DNA from: Elusimicrobiota bacterium
Lineage (GTDB): Bacteria > Elusimicrobiota > Elusimicrobia > UBA1565 > UBA9628
DNA length: 42,965 nt
Assembly (NCBI GenBank): GCA_038060535.1
Contig: JBBTHA010000037.1
Coordinates: 1-42,965, forward strand
Direction: 5' to 3'
This document shows positions 33,873-42,946 of the stretch, piece by piece. Each line of letters opens with the position of its first letter. Position 1 is the stretch's first letter. A program made the position numbers and the translations under genes. The notes beneath the pieces were generated by a model, which worked only from the letters and a program-made list of their open reading frames with translations, was not told the origin of the DNA and searched no databases.

Positions 33873-35623
33873 GCCCGGGACGCCGACTCTTCCGCTATGT
33901 TCGGCCTTACCGAGCCCGCATCGTCTGGGCCTGCGCGGCGATGATAACGGTCTCCGCATTCAACGGCCTGGCCGTTCTCCTTCTCAAGACGATTATCGAC
34001 GAAGTCTTCATCGCCAAAGACCTTCGCATGTTGGCGCTCGCCGTCATCGGCGTGCCTTTGTTCGCGGCGCTCAAGGCGACCGCCTCCTATATTCAGAATT
34101 ACCTCATGAGCTGGATCGGCCAGCGCGTGACGCAACAAATCCGGGAGGATCTCTTCCGCCAACTCCACCTGCTTCCCCTGGAATTTTATTCCGGCCTGCG
34201 GGCCGCGAACATCCTATCCAAGGTCACGGGAGACTTGACCCTAGCCCAAAGCGCTCTGACGACTCTTCCGGTTTACTTGATTCGAGACACCCTGACCACG
34301 ACTCTTCTCGTGGCGTCCCTCTTCACGCTCGACTGGCGATTTGCCACGCTGACCCTCCTCGCCTCGCCCCCCTCCTTTGCCGCCCTCTACGTGCTCTCCC
34401 ATAAAATGCGTCGATCCAGCAGCCAATCGCAAATCGCCGTCGATCGCCTGCACCACCGCTTCCAGGAAAGCGTTCAGGGCATGATCACGGTCAAGGCGTT
34501 TAATTACGAGGAAGAGGCAACGGAAAAGTTCCGCGAGGAGAATGAATTCTTCTTTCAGCCCATGATGCGATATCTGCGCGCGACCGCGCTGATCAATCCC
34601 CTCCTTGAGATTGGAGTGTCCGGGATGGTTGCGGCCGTCATTTGGTTCGGAGGCAGAGAGGTGATCAGCGGTCGGATGACGCCGGGGGCTTTCTTCGCGT
34701 TTCTGGTCGCTCTTCTCGCCTGCTACGCGCCGATAAAAAACTTGGCTCGCGTCAACGCCGAGGGTCAACGCGCCTGGACCTCGTTGGAACGCCTGTTTCA
34801 TCTTCTTGATGAAAAACCGGCCGTCCCGCGCAAGCGCAAGCCTCACTTCCCAGGGCTGCACCACGGCATCCGTTGTGAAGGACTTGGGTTTCGGTACCCG
34901 GGTTCCCGCTCTTGGGCCCTGCGCGGACTTGACTTGGAAATCCGCAAAGGCGCGCGCACGGCCATTGTCGGGCCGAACGGATGCGGAAAAACAACGGCGG
35001 CTAAGCTGCTCCTGCGCCTGCATGATCCCCTCGAGGGCCGAGTCGCGTTCGACGGCGTCGACGCGCGCGAACTCGACGCGAGCTCCATCAGGGCGCGCAT
35101 CGGCCTGGTCTCTTCGGAAGCGATGCTCTTCAACGACACCGTTTTCCAGAATCTCGTCATCGGGCGGAAAGTCGCCACCCTTTCCGAGGTCGAGCGGGCG
35201 TGCCGCGCCGTCGGGGCCGAGGAGTTTATTTCCGGACTCCCCGAGGGCTACCAGACAACGCTCGGTGATTGGGGCTACTCCCTGTCGCTCGGCCAGCGAT
35301 ACAAATTGGCGATCGCTCGCGTATTGATCAAAGACCCCGATATCGTCATTCTTGACGAAGCCTCCGCGCACCTTGACGGCGCGGCCGAGCGTGAAGTCGC
35401 TTCCGCCCTGGAGACGGTCTTGTCCGGCCGCACGGTCATTACCATCGCCCACGATCTCGCCTCCATCTCGGGATTTGATCGAATATTTGTTCTCAACGCC
35501 GGGACTGTGGCTGAATCCGGCACTCATAAGGATTTATTGGCGGCGCGCGGCCTCTACCACCGTTTTTTTGAGATGCAAAGCGCCGCGAAACGCTCCACTC
35601 CAACTCTATCGGAATTCCCATGA
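33869..35623 (+). CDS. msbA: MsbA-like ABC exporter (TMD+NBD) with non-canonical signature and Q-loop
   Basis: Follows lpxB. Walker A GPNGCGKTT, Walker B IVILDE, and H-loop IAH. Signature is LSLGQ and Q-loop is VSSE. Confidence 0.8.
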   Translation: MSPGRRLFRYVRPYRARIVWACAAMITVSAFNGLAVLLLKTIIDEVFIAKDLRMLALAVIGVPLFAALKATASYIQNYLMSWIGQRVTQQIREDLFRQLHLLPLEFYSGLRAANILSKVTGDLTLAQSALTTLPVYLIRDTLTTTLLVASLFTLDWRFATLTLLASPPSFAALYVLSHKMRRSSSQSQIAVDRLHHRFQESVQGMITVKAFNYEEEATEKFREENEFFFQPMMRYLRATALINPLLEIGVSGMVAAVIWFGGREVISGRMTPGAFFAFLVALLACYAPIKNLARVNAEGQRAWTSLERLFHLLDEKPAVPRKRKPHFPGLHHGIRCEGLGFRYPGSRSWALRGLDLEIRKGARTAIVGPNGCGKTTAAKLLLRLHDPLEGRVAFDGVDARELDASSIRARIGLVSSEAMLFNDTVFQNLVIGRKVATLSEVERACRAVGAEEFISGLPEGYQTTLGDWGYSLSLGQRYKLAIARVLIKDPDIVILDEASAHLDGAAEREVASALETVLSGRTVITIAHDLASISGFDRIFVLNAGTVAESGTHKDLLAARGLYHRFFEMQSAAKRSTPTLSEFP

Positions 35624-37065
35624 CCACCAAGGCTGAGGCAGTCGCTCGCTTCAACGCATACTCGCCCCACGTCGACCCCATTGCGCTGGAACTCGCTTGG
35701 GATTTCGCCGAAAAAGCGCACAGCAAACAAGAGCGCGCGTCCGGAGATCACTACCTGTCCCATTGCGTCGCGGTTGCCGAATCGCTCCTCGAGTGGCGGA
35801 TGGATCTTCCCACGGTCTGCGCGGGCCTGCTCCACGACACGATCGAAGACACTCCCACCACTGAAATGCAATTGCGCGCGGAGTTCGGCGAGGAAATCGC
35901 AATGCTCGTTATTGGAGTCACCAAGCTTGACGCACTCAGATTCGAGTCCCGCGATGAGGCTCAGGCGGAGAATTGGAGAAAAATGCTGTTGGCGACCGCC
36001 CAGGATATACGCGTCATCGTCGTCAAACTGGCCGATCGTCTGCACAATATGAAGACGCTTAATTTCCTCTCTCCAGAAAAGCAGAAGAGGATCGCCTCCG
36101 AAACCATGGCCTTGTATGCTCCTCTGGCCCACCGCTTGGGCATGTTCAAGCTCAAGGGCCAACTTGAGGATCTCGCTTTCCTCCATCTCCACCGCGAAGA
36201 GTATGATGCCCTTCTCAAAAAGGTCGAGGCCACATTGACGGAAAGGGAAAAGAACCTCGTCGCCACGCGCAGTGTCGTGGAAAGCGTTCTCTCCGGCGCC
36301 AATATTCCGTGCCGCGTTCTCGCCCGCACGAAAACCTTGTGGTCCATCTACGGGAAAATGGAGCGGCAGAAAAAGCCCTTCGAGGACATTCAAGACGCCC
36401 TCGGCGTGAGGTTGATCACCGACACCGTGGCCAACTGCTACGCGATCTTGGGCATCATCCACACGCACTTTAAGCCCGTGGCGGGATCCTTTACCGACTA
36501 CATCTCAACGCCCAAGCTAAACCTCTATCGTTCCCTACACACGACGATAGTCAGTCCAACCGGGGAACTCGTTGAAATCCAGATCCGCACGGAAGAAATG
36601 CACCGCTCTTCCGAATACGGAATCGCCGCCCATTGGCGATACAAGGCCGGGGAGTCCACCCGCGACGCGCACATGGAGGAAAAACTTAATTGGTTGCGCC
36701 AATGGATGGAGTGGCTGCAGGACTTGAATTCACCGAGGGAATTCCTCGATAGCCTGAAAACCGACCTTGAGTTCGACCAGGTTTTCGTCTTTACTCCCGC
36801 GGGGGAGGTCAAAGTCCTCCCCGCGGGGGCCACCCCGCTAGACTTCGCCTTCGCCGTTCATACGCAGATCGGATTTACATGCGTGGGCGCGCAGGTCAAC
36901 AATAAGATGGTCAAGCTCGACTACGCGCTGAAATCCGGAGACATCTGCAAGATCATCACCAAAAAAAACTCGGTGCCGAAAAAAGACTGGCTAAACTCCG
37001 TGAAAACCGCGCGGGCGCGGTCAAAGATTCGCCACTATCTGCGCGAACAAGGAATCGTCGCCTGA
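35620..37065 (+). CDS. rel: RelA/SpoT homologue: HD hydrolase + synthetase + TGS, lacking ZFD/ACT
   Basis: R.SG..Y..H, LLHDTIEDT, KLADRLHNM, DYI..PK.N.Y.SLHT, EIQIRT, AAHWRYK, and TGS (VFTP.G...TPLDFAFAVHT). Confidence 0.9.
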   Translation: MTTKAEAVARFNAYSPHVDPIALELAWDFAEKAHSKQERASGDHYLSHCVAVAESLLEWRMDLPTVCAGLLHDTIEDTPTTEMQLRAEFGEEIAMLVIGVTKLDALRFESRDEAQAENWRKMLLATAQDIRVIVVKLADRLHNMKTLNFLSPEKQKRIASETMALYAPLAHRLGMFKLKGQLEDLAFLHLHREEYDALLKKVEATLTEREKNLVATRSVVESVLSGANIPCRVLARTKTLWSIYGKMERQKKPFEDIQDALGVRLITDTVANCYAILGIIHTHFKPVAGSFTDYISTPKLNLYRSLHTTIVSPTGELVEIQIRTEEMHRSSEYGIAAHWRYKAGESTRDAHMEEKLNWLRQWMEWLQDLNSPREFLDSLKTDLEFDQVFVFTPAGEVKVLPAGATPLDFAFAVHTQIGFTCVGAQVNNKMVKLDYALKSGDICKIITKKNSVPKKDWLNSVKTARARSKIRHYLREQGIVA

Positions 37066-37388
37066 TGTCACGACGAGTCGCGGTATTTGTTTTTCTGATC
37101 ACCGTCTCCTGTTCGAAAAAGCCCGCGCAAAACTATCGCAATTGCCTCAACTTACGAATCGGCATATCGCGAGATCATCTCTTCCGCATTATGGGAAGTC
37201 CAGACAACACCCTGTCGCACATCGAAGGGACGTCCACGCCCCACCTCAAGGGACGCACGGTCTATGAGTGGAAGACACCGGTCGCCATGTCCGCCCCCAA
37301 CGTCGTGAGCGTCGACGAAGTCTCTGGAAAAGTCATCAGCATCCGCTGCGCGGACATCGCGATCAATTCGGCCGCGAACGAGCCCTGA
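37065..37388 (+). CDS. Small putative lipoprotein, SmpA/OmlA (BamE)-like
   Basis: Signal with a lipobox-like ITVSC, and 'LRIGISRDHLFRIMGSPD' matching the L..G.s...v...lG.P pattern. TGATG overlap with the rel stop. Confidence 0.55.
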   Translation: MSRRVAVFVFLITVSCSKKPAQNYRNCLNLRIGISRDHLFRIMGSPDNTLSHIEGTSTPHLKGRTVYEWKTPVAMSAPNVVSVDEVSGKVISIRCADIAINSAANEP

Positions 37389-37416
37389 GCCGGGCCTGGC
37401 CGCCACCGCGCCCGAT

Positions 37417-38979
37417 TCAGCGGCCGGACTCCGCTCGCTGTCGTTGTTTCTCCGCCTCAAGGGAAACGGAATCAATTTCCCCCCGGGCGAGCGCGTCGGA
37501 CAGGGCCTCGAAGTCTCCGGGACGCCAGAGGCGGTATTCCCTGGCGTACAGCCACGGGGAGGGCGCTTTGGTCCGGTCAACGAACACCATCGCCTTGTCG
37601 TCCCACCAGACCAGAGCCCAGCGTTCCCGGGGAAGGTATGAGAGGTACCAGGGCCTCATCATCTCCCGGCGCGACCCGTCCGGATAAAGACGCGTGGTCG
37701 GCAGCCGTTCGGGATAGGCCCGGATTAAAATCGCGTCCAGACGATTGCGCGCGATAAAATCCTGAAACGGTTTCGGACCCGACAAGGCCTGTTGCAGCTC
37801 GGGCAATTGGTGGTGGAATAGATAGCGGCCATCGCCGTAGACTTTTCCATCGGGCCATAGACGCCAACCTAAATACCCCCCCCATTCATACGTGTTGAAC
37901 AGCCGTAGGGGCGCGAAGACCTCTCTCTGGGAAACAATGAAGTCGACCGCCCGGCGCGCCACGTAAACGTCGGAAAACACCGCTCCCCATTCCATCCCGC
38001 GAGTCGCCGTGCCGACCAGGATGCTCGCAATGACCAGGCCCGCCGCCGCCCAAGACGCTTTTGGACGCACGGATACGGCCGATAAGCAGCCGACCGCGGC
38101 GACAGCGAAATAGAGACCGAAACGGGAGCTAATCGCCGTCGCCGCTCCTAAGACCGCGGCGCATAGGGACATCGCAGGGCTCTCCCGGCGCGCGGTCCAC
38201 GCCAACGCGGCCCCGACGCACAGGGCGGCGATGCGCGGAAGATGGAAGCCCATGCGCCAGTTCACCGGTCCCCATTCGCCGATAAAACGGCCTACAGGGT
38301 CGATACAGTGGAGCGCGATGACCGAGTAAATGTGAATCCCCGCGGGATTGAGCAGCCCTCCAAGAAGGGCCCCGCACGCCTCGGCGCCGAGGTCCTTGCG
38401 TTTGAGTCCGCGCTGGAAACGCGCGCCCAAGAAGTAGGCCCCGTAGAGGGCCAGCCCAACGGGAAAAGCGGCGTGAACGTTCGCCCACAGCCCGAACAGC
38501 GAAAACCCGAAAAGAAAGGAGGCCCTCCCCGACTCCAAGCGCCTGGCGATCACCGCAAAGAGTGCCGCGGATATCAGGTCGACGCGCAGGTCCGCCTGAG
38601 CCAGGATCGCGCAGCACCACAGTGCCAGCCCGCAGGCGCGCGCCGTCTTATCGGCGCCTTTGTCTCGCAATAGACCATCGACAGGGACGAAAGCGCAAAC
38701 AAGCAAAACCACTTTCAACACCCATAGCCCGCGCAAACCCGCCGCCGAGTACGCGCCGTAAAACAGGAGCTGGGCCAACCATTCGAAATCGATCCATGGA
38801 CTCCCCTGGAGCGTAAATGAAAATGAATCGACCCGGGGCACGGCCGCATGAGCCCAAATCCACCGGCCCGCGGACAAATGCCAGAATAAATCGGGGCTGA
38901 ACAATGGGAGGGAGAAAACAAACAGGGCCAAGGCGATGGCCCAGGCCCTGAGCGCGCCCCCTTCCGCAAGGGCAGACAC
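37417..38979 (-). CDS. Polytopic membrane protein, putative GT-C fold (start uncertain)
   Basis: TM1 followed by 'PDLFWHLSAGRWI..D.FSF..WIDFEWL', WANVH, EW.P, and C-terminal 'FNTYEWGGYL..YGDGR'. GTG 38979 chosen because the track start overlaps rpmB. Confidence 0.65.
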   Translation of the reverse strand: MSALAEGGALRAWAIALALFVFSLPLFSPDLFWHLSAGRWIWAHAAVPRVDSFSFTLQGSPWIDFEWLAQLLFYGAYSAAGLRGLWVLKVVLLVCAFVPVDGLLRDKGADKTARACGLALWCCAILAQADLRVDLISAALFAVIARRLESGRASFLFGFSLFGLWANVHAAFPVGLALYGAYFLGARFQRGLKRKDLGAEACGALLGGLLNPAGIHIYSVIALHCIDPVGRFIGEWGPVNWRMGFHLPRIAALCVGAALAWTARRESPAMSLCAAVLGAATAISSRFGLYFAVAAVGCLSAVSVRPKASWAAAGLVIASILVGTATRGMEWGAVFSDVYVARRAVDFIVSQREVFAPLRLFNTYEWGGYLGWRLWPDGKVYGDGRYLFHHQLPELQQALSGPKPFQDFIARNRLDAILIRAYPERLPTTRLYPDGSRREMMRPWYLSYLPRERWALVWWDDKAMVFVDRTKAPSPWLYAREYRLWRPGDFEALSDALARGEIDSVSLEAEKQRQRAESGR

Positions 38980-38987
38980 TTTGGCTA

Positions 38988-39188
38988 TTATCGAGTCGGG
39001 CGAACCGCGCGCCCGGACTTGATGCAATCCGTGCACACGTAGACGGTCGTCGTCCGGCCGCCGAGTACGACCTTCTGCCGTTGAAGATTAGGGCGGAAAA
39101 TCCGTCTGGTGGCTTTGTGCGAATGGCTGTAACTGTTGCCGGACTTGGGACCCTTGCCGCAACTGGGAATCTGACATTTAAATGACAT
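38988..39188 (-). CDS. rpmB: 50S ribosomal protein L28 (Zn-binding form)
   Basis: C..GK.P.SGN.SHS..TRR.F.PNLQ...VCT.CIK. Start ATG 39188. Adjacent to recG. Confidence 0.93.
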   Translation of the reverse strand: MSFKCQIPSCGKGPKSGNSYSHSHKATRRIFRPNLQRQKVVLGGRTTTVYVCTDCIKSGRAVRPTR

Positions 39189-39199
39189 GATGTTGACCA

Positions 39200-39229
39200 A
39201 TTCTAGCAAACCCTCGACGGAACCCGCAA
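39200..39229 (-). promoter_or_regulatory. Putative extended -10 promoter for rpmB
   Basis: Minus strand TTGCGG(39229-39224)-N18-TAGAAT(39205-39200), with TG-c directly upstream of the -10. Confidence 0.5.
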
Positions 39230-39230
39230 G

Positions 39231-41324
39231 GTGACCGGCGAATCGCTTCGTCAACCCATTCAATACCTAAAAGGGGTGGGTCCTCGACGAGCCCTTTTCT
39301 TTGAGCATCTCGGGGTGAAAACATTGGGGGATATTCTCGCGCATTATCCCCGTCTGTGGCAGGATAGGCACGAAACCCGGAGCCTGAGCCTGCCGACCCC
39401 TTCAGCGCTCGTGGTGGTCCGCGGACGCGTGCTGCGCGCGGCGACGCATCACGCCGGACCGCGCCTGGCGATCCACAAAGCGACCCTCGCCACCGCCCAT
39501 GGAAAGGTCGAGTGCGTGTGGTTTAAGCACCTGTCTCGGCGTTATGACGCTTTCGCCTCTCTCAAGAAGGACACCGCCGATGGAGCCGACATTTGGGTGA
39601 TCGGGCACGTCGAACCCGACTTGACCGGCATTCATGAAATCCGCGTTGATGAGCATTATCCCCTCAGCGATGAACGCTGGCGCATTCACGTCGGCCGCCT
39701 GACTCCCATCTACCCGCTCACCAAAGGGCTCTCCCAACGGTTCGTACGCGAAGCCGCCCATAAGGCGCTCGAGCTTGCCGCCGACACCGCGCGCGACATT
39801 GTCCCGTCCGAACTGATGCTCAAACGCACGCTGCTGGCCGCGCCCCAGGCTTTGCGCGGCATCCACTTTCCTCGCTCCGAGGCCGAACTGGAAGCCGCGC
39901 GCGCGCGCCTGGCGTATGAAGAGTTGTTGCTTCTCGAGCTGGCCTGGATACTCAAGCGGCGTCAAACTCGCGACTTGATCAAGCCGTTTTCCTACGACAT
40001 CAAGAGAACCCTCCTTTCTCCCTTTCGCCAAGCCTTGGGTTTCGAACTCACTCACGCCCAAAAACGAGTCATCAACGAAATCTTCGACGATATGCGCCGC
40101 GCCAGCCCCATGACGCGCCTGCTGCAGGGAGACGTCGGTTCCGGGAAAACCGTCGTCGCGCTGTCGGCGCTTCTTCTCGCCGTTGAAAACGGCGGCCAAG
40201 GCGTCTTGATGGCGCCCACGGAAATCCTCGCCGACCAGCACCGGACAACCCTCGAACGGTTCTTAAAAGGGCTGCCGGTCACCGTGGCGTCTCTGACCTC
40301 CCGCACGCCGAAAAAAGAGCGCGAGAGGATCATCGCTTCGATTCGAGACGGCGACGCCGATATCGTCGTGGGCACCCACGCCTTGCTCGAAGGCGACGTC
40401 ATGATCCCCCGCCTGCGCCTGGCGGTGATCGATGAGCAGCACCGGTTCGGTGTGCGCCAACGCACGACCCTGCGCCAAAAAGGAAGCCTCATCGACTTGC
40501 TGGTGATGACGGCCACCCCGATTCCCCGCACCCTGGCCTTGTCCCTCTATGGCGACCTCGAGGCCTCGACCATCGACGAGCTCCCTCCCGGGCGACCTCC
40601 GATAAAAACATGCCTCTCCAACGAGTCGGAAGCCTTCGCGACCGTCCGCCGAGAGGTCGCCGCCGGACGCCAAGCCTACGTCGTTTATCCGATCATCGAA
40701 GAGTCCGCGCGCCTGGATCTCCAATCGGCGAAAACGGAGTTTAAGCGATTAAAGACCTCCGTTTTTCCGGATCTCAAGGTCGCCCTGGTTCACGGCGCCC
40801 TGCCGGGAAAGCTCAAGACCAAGGTCATGACGGCTTTCGCCTCGGGAGAGTTCGACGTGCTGGTCGCCACTCCCGTGATCGAAGTTGGCATCGACGTTTC
40901 CAACGCGACGGTCATGGTCATCCAAAACGCCGATCGCTTCGGAATGGCGAGCCTTCACCAGCTGCGCGGGCGCATCGGCCGGGGCGCGAGCGAATCCTTT
41001 TGCCATCTTGTCGCCGACCCGCACACGGCCCAGGCCAAGCACCGGCTCGACATCATGGCCGCGACGTCCGACGGGTTTCGCATTGGAGAAGAGGACCTTA
41101 AATTGCGCGGCCCCGGAGAACTTATGGGAATCGCTCAGCATGGAGAACTCGCTTTGGCCGTGGCCGATCTTTTCAAGGACGGCGAGCTCTTGCGCTTTGC
41201 AAGAGAGGATGCCGAGGCGCTGCTGCGCTGCGACCCAAAACTGCTCGCCCCCGGCCACAAGCCGCTGAGGGAACGCCTCATCGCGCTGTATCAGAGCCGT
41301 TGGAATTGGATCGACCTCGCCTAA
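39231..41324 (+). CDS. recG: ATP-dependent DNA helicase RecG
   Basis: LKGVGP, wedge domain, RLLQGDVGSGKT, MAPTEILA, DEQHRFG, TATPIPR, QLRGRIGRG, and DGF.I.E.DL.LRGPG. Confidence 0.96.
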   Translation: MTGESLRQPIQYLKGVGPRRALFFEHLGVKTLGDILAHYPRLWQDRHETRSLSLPTPSALVVVRGRVLRAATHHAGPRLAIHKATLATAHGKVECVWFKHLSRRYDAFASLKKDTADGADIWVIGHVEPDLTGIHEIRVDEHYPLSDERWRIHVGRLTPIYPLTKGLSQRFVREAAHKALELAADTARDIVPSELMLKRTLLAAPQALRGIHFPRSEAELEAARARLAYEELLLLELAWILKRRQTRDLIKPFSYDIKRTLLSPFRQALGFELTHAQKRVINEIFDDMRRASPMTRLLQGDVGSGKTVVALSALLLAVENGGQGVLMAPTEILADQHRTTLERFLKGLPVTVASLTSRTPKKERERIIASIRDGDADIVVGTHALLEGDVMIPRLRLAVIDEQHRFGVRQRTTLRQKGSLIDLLVMTATPIPRTLALSLYGDLEASTIDELPPGRPPIKTCLSNESEAFATVRREVAAGRQAYVVYPIIEESARLDLQSAKTEFKRLKTSVFPDLKVALVHGALPGKLKTKVMTAFASGEFDVLVATPVIEVGIDVSNATVMVIQNADRFGMASLHQLRGRIGRGASESFCHLVADPHTAQAKHRLDIMAATSDGFRIGEEDLKLRGPGELMGIAQHGELALAVADLFKDGELLRFAREDAEALLRCDPKLLAPGHKPLRERLIALYQSRWNWIDLA

Positions 41325-41368
41325 TGTGTTCTGTCGCGCGCGGACGAAAATCGGGCATAATTTGAGGA

Positions 41369-42946
41369 GTGAAACGAGCTCTTAGGTGTGTCCGGCGCGC
41401 GGGGTTTCTCCTCGTCCTTGGTTTCGTATCCAGCGCCGCGGCGCAAAAAACCGTCATGACTCTCGCGCCCAGGGTCCTCTTGACGCCAGCAACGCCTTCG
41501 CCCGCGTCCCTTGTGCCCGCGCCCCTGCGGCCGGGAGCCTTACCCGCGCCGATTGCCCTGCCTCGTCCCGTACTTTCCCCCTCGCAGCGGACGCCTCGTT
41601 GGTCTCTACCGGCGCGGGGCACTTTCGCCGATGCCTCGATCCCGGAGCACGAACGCCTGGCTCGCTTCATTGAAATGACCACGCGATTCTGGGACGTCAA
41701 AGATATCGTCTCCCCCGCGGAAGGCGTTCGGTACGCGTCCTATCTTGAAAACGAGGCGATCCCATCCTCCCCCCTGCGTCAAGCGGCCATTGGAGAGCTC
41801 CACCGCCTGAAAACGATTCTTCCACTCGAGAACGACACCGCGGCCAATCTGGATCGGATGGTCAACCATTTCGGACCGAGCATCGACGAGCACAGGGCTT
41901 TGTCCAAGCATGTTCAGTCGTACAAGACATTGGCCGATGATTCCTCCCTCGGCGAAGGGCCCGCCAGAGCCTCCTTCGTCTCCTACCTTTTGCGCAAGAT
42001 CCGCCATCTCGAGAAGCACTTGGCTTGGAAAGACGCTTTCTTCAACCGTAAATTGGAATTCGGGGATGGCTCGGGACTCGATCATTCGGCTTACCGGGAG
42101 GCGGTCACAGACGGACTCCGGGCAAGGACTCCGGTCGACTACGCGAGCTTCTTCGCCGACAACTCCGTTCTCCTCATCGGAGAAAACCACGGGGCTCGCG
42201 CCCACCGGCGCGAAGTTCTCGACCATCTCGATGAGCTCAAGGCGGCCGGCGTCACCCATATTTTCATCGAAGGCGTCAGCGTAAAAAGCCAGGCGTGGCT
42301 TGACGGCTTATCGAAAAACGAATTGAGGAATTACAATTCCATCGGGACGCTCTCGGTGGAGACCTTCGCGCGGGCCAAGGAGCTGGGATTGGGCGTGATC
42401 GCCATGGATATGCCCGCCAACACGCTTGACGCGCTCAAAGAGATTTCCATGAGAAAACGGGGCGAGATCGACGCCGCGCGAGACGTTTTCCTTCTTCGAA
42501 GAAATCGCTTCATGGCGCAATTGATCGCCAAGACGCTCCGACGGCAGCCCACCGCGAAAGTCGTCGCGATCGTGGGCTCGGCTCATGCCCACGCCCTGCT
42601 CAGCCCCTACATCATCATGAACCAAGGCGGGACAAGCCTCGCCAAGGAATTGGCCTCGAGCCACGCCATTAGGTCGAAAACGCTCCGTCTGGTCTACTGG
42701 TCCACCGATTCGGACAAAATAGCGTCGGAATTGATCGCCGAACAGGGCCTGGCAAGCAAGCGATTTTTCCTGCCCCTGGGACCGGAAGGAGGCCTGCTTC
42801 ACATCGCCTTCAGCCCCCGACTGTCCACGCTGCCGATTCCAGAAACTCTCAAGAACTTCCTGCGCACGGCAGGTTCTACCGCGAGACTGATCTTCGGGCC
42901 GCGGCCCCCGCTCTGTCAAGGCCGTTTAGAAATGTCCTGTAGTTAA
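41369..42946 (+). CDS. Secreted protein: signal peptide, Pro-rich linker, and C-terminal EreA/ChaN/TIKI-superfamily domain
   Basis: SAAAQ signal cleavage site; LLIGENH...LKAAGVTHIFIEG...GLGVIAMD...RNRFMA...VVAIVGSAH. Confidence 0.65.
   Translation: MKRALRCVRRAGFLLVLGFVSSAAAQKTVMTLAPRVLLTPATPSPASLVPAPLRPGALPAPIALPRPVLSPSQRTPRWSLPARGTFADASIPEHERLARFIEMTTRFWDVKDIVSPAEGVRYASYLENEAIPSSPLRQAAIGELHRLKTILPLENDTAANLDRMVNHFGPSIDEHRALSKHVQSYKTLADDSSLGEGPARASFVSYLLRKIRHLEKHLAWKDAFFNRKLEFGDGSGLDHSAYREAVTDGLRARTPVDYASFFADNSVLLIGENHGARAHRREVLDHLDELKAAGVTHIFIEGVSVKSQAWLDGLSKNELRNYNSIGTLSVETFARAKELGLGVIAMDMPANTLDALKEISMRKRGEIDAARDVFLLRRNRFMAQLIAKTLRRQPTAKVVAIVGSAHAHALLSPYIIMNQGGTSLAKELASSHAIRSKTLRLVYWSTDSDKIASELIAEQGLASKRFFLPLGPEGGLLHIAFSPRLSTLPIPETLKNFLRTAGSTARLIFGPRPPLCQGRLEMSCS

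Noticed and set aside
34241-36468. Long antisense ORFs (428 aa and 304 aa) opposite msbA/rel, and similar shadow ORFs throughout the window
   Set aside because: They lie fully opposite well-conserved genes and have no recognisable motifs. Such ORFs are expected from stop-codon scarcity in GC-rich coding DNA.
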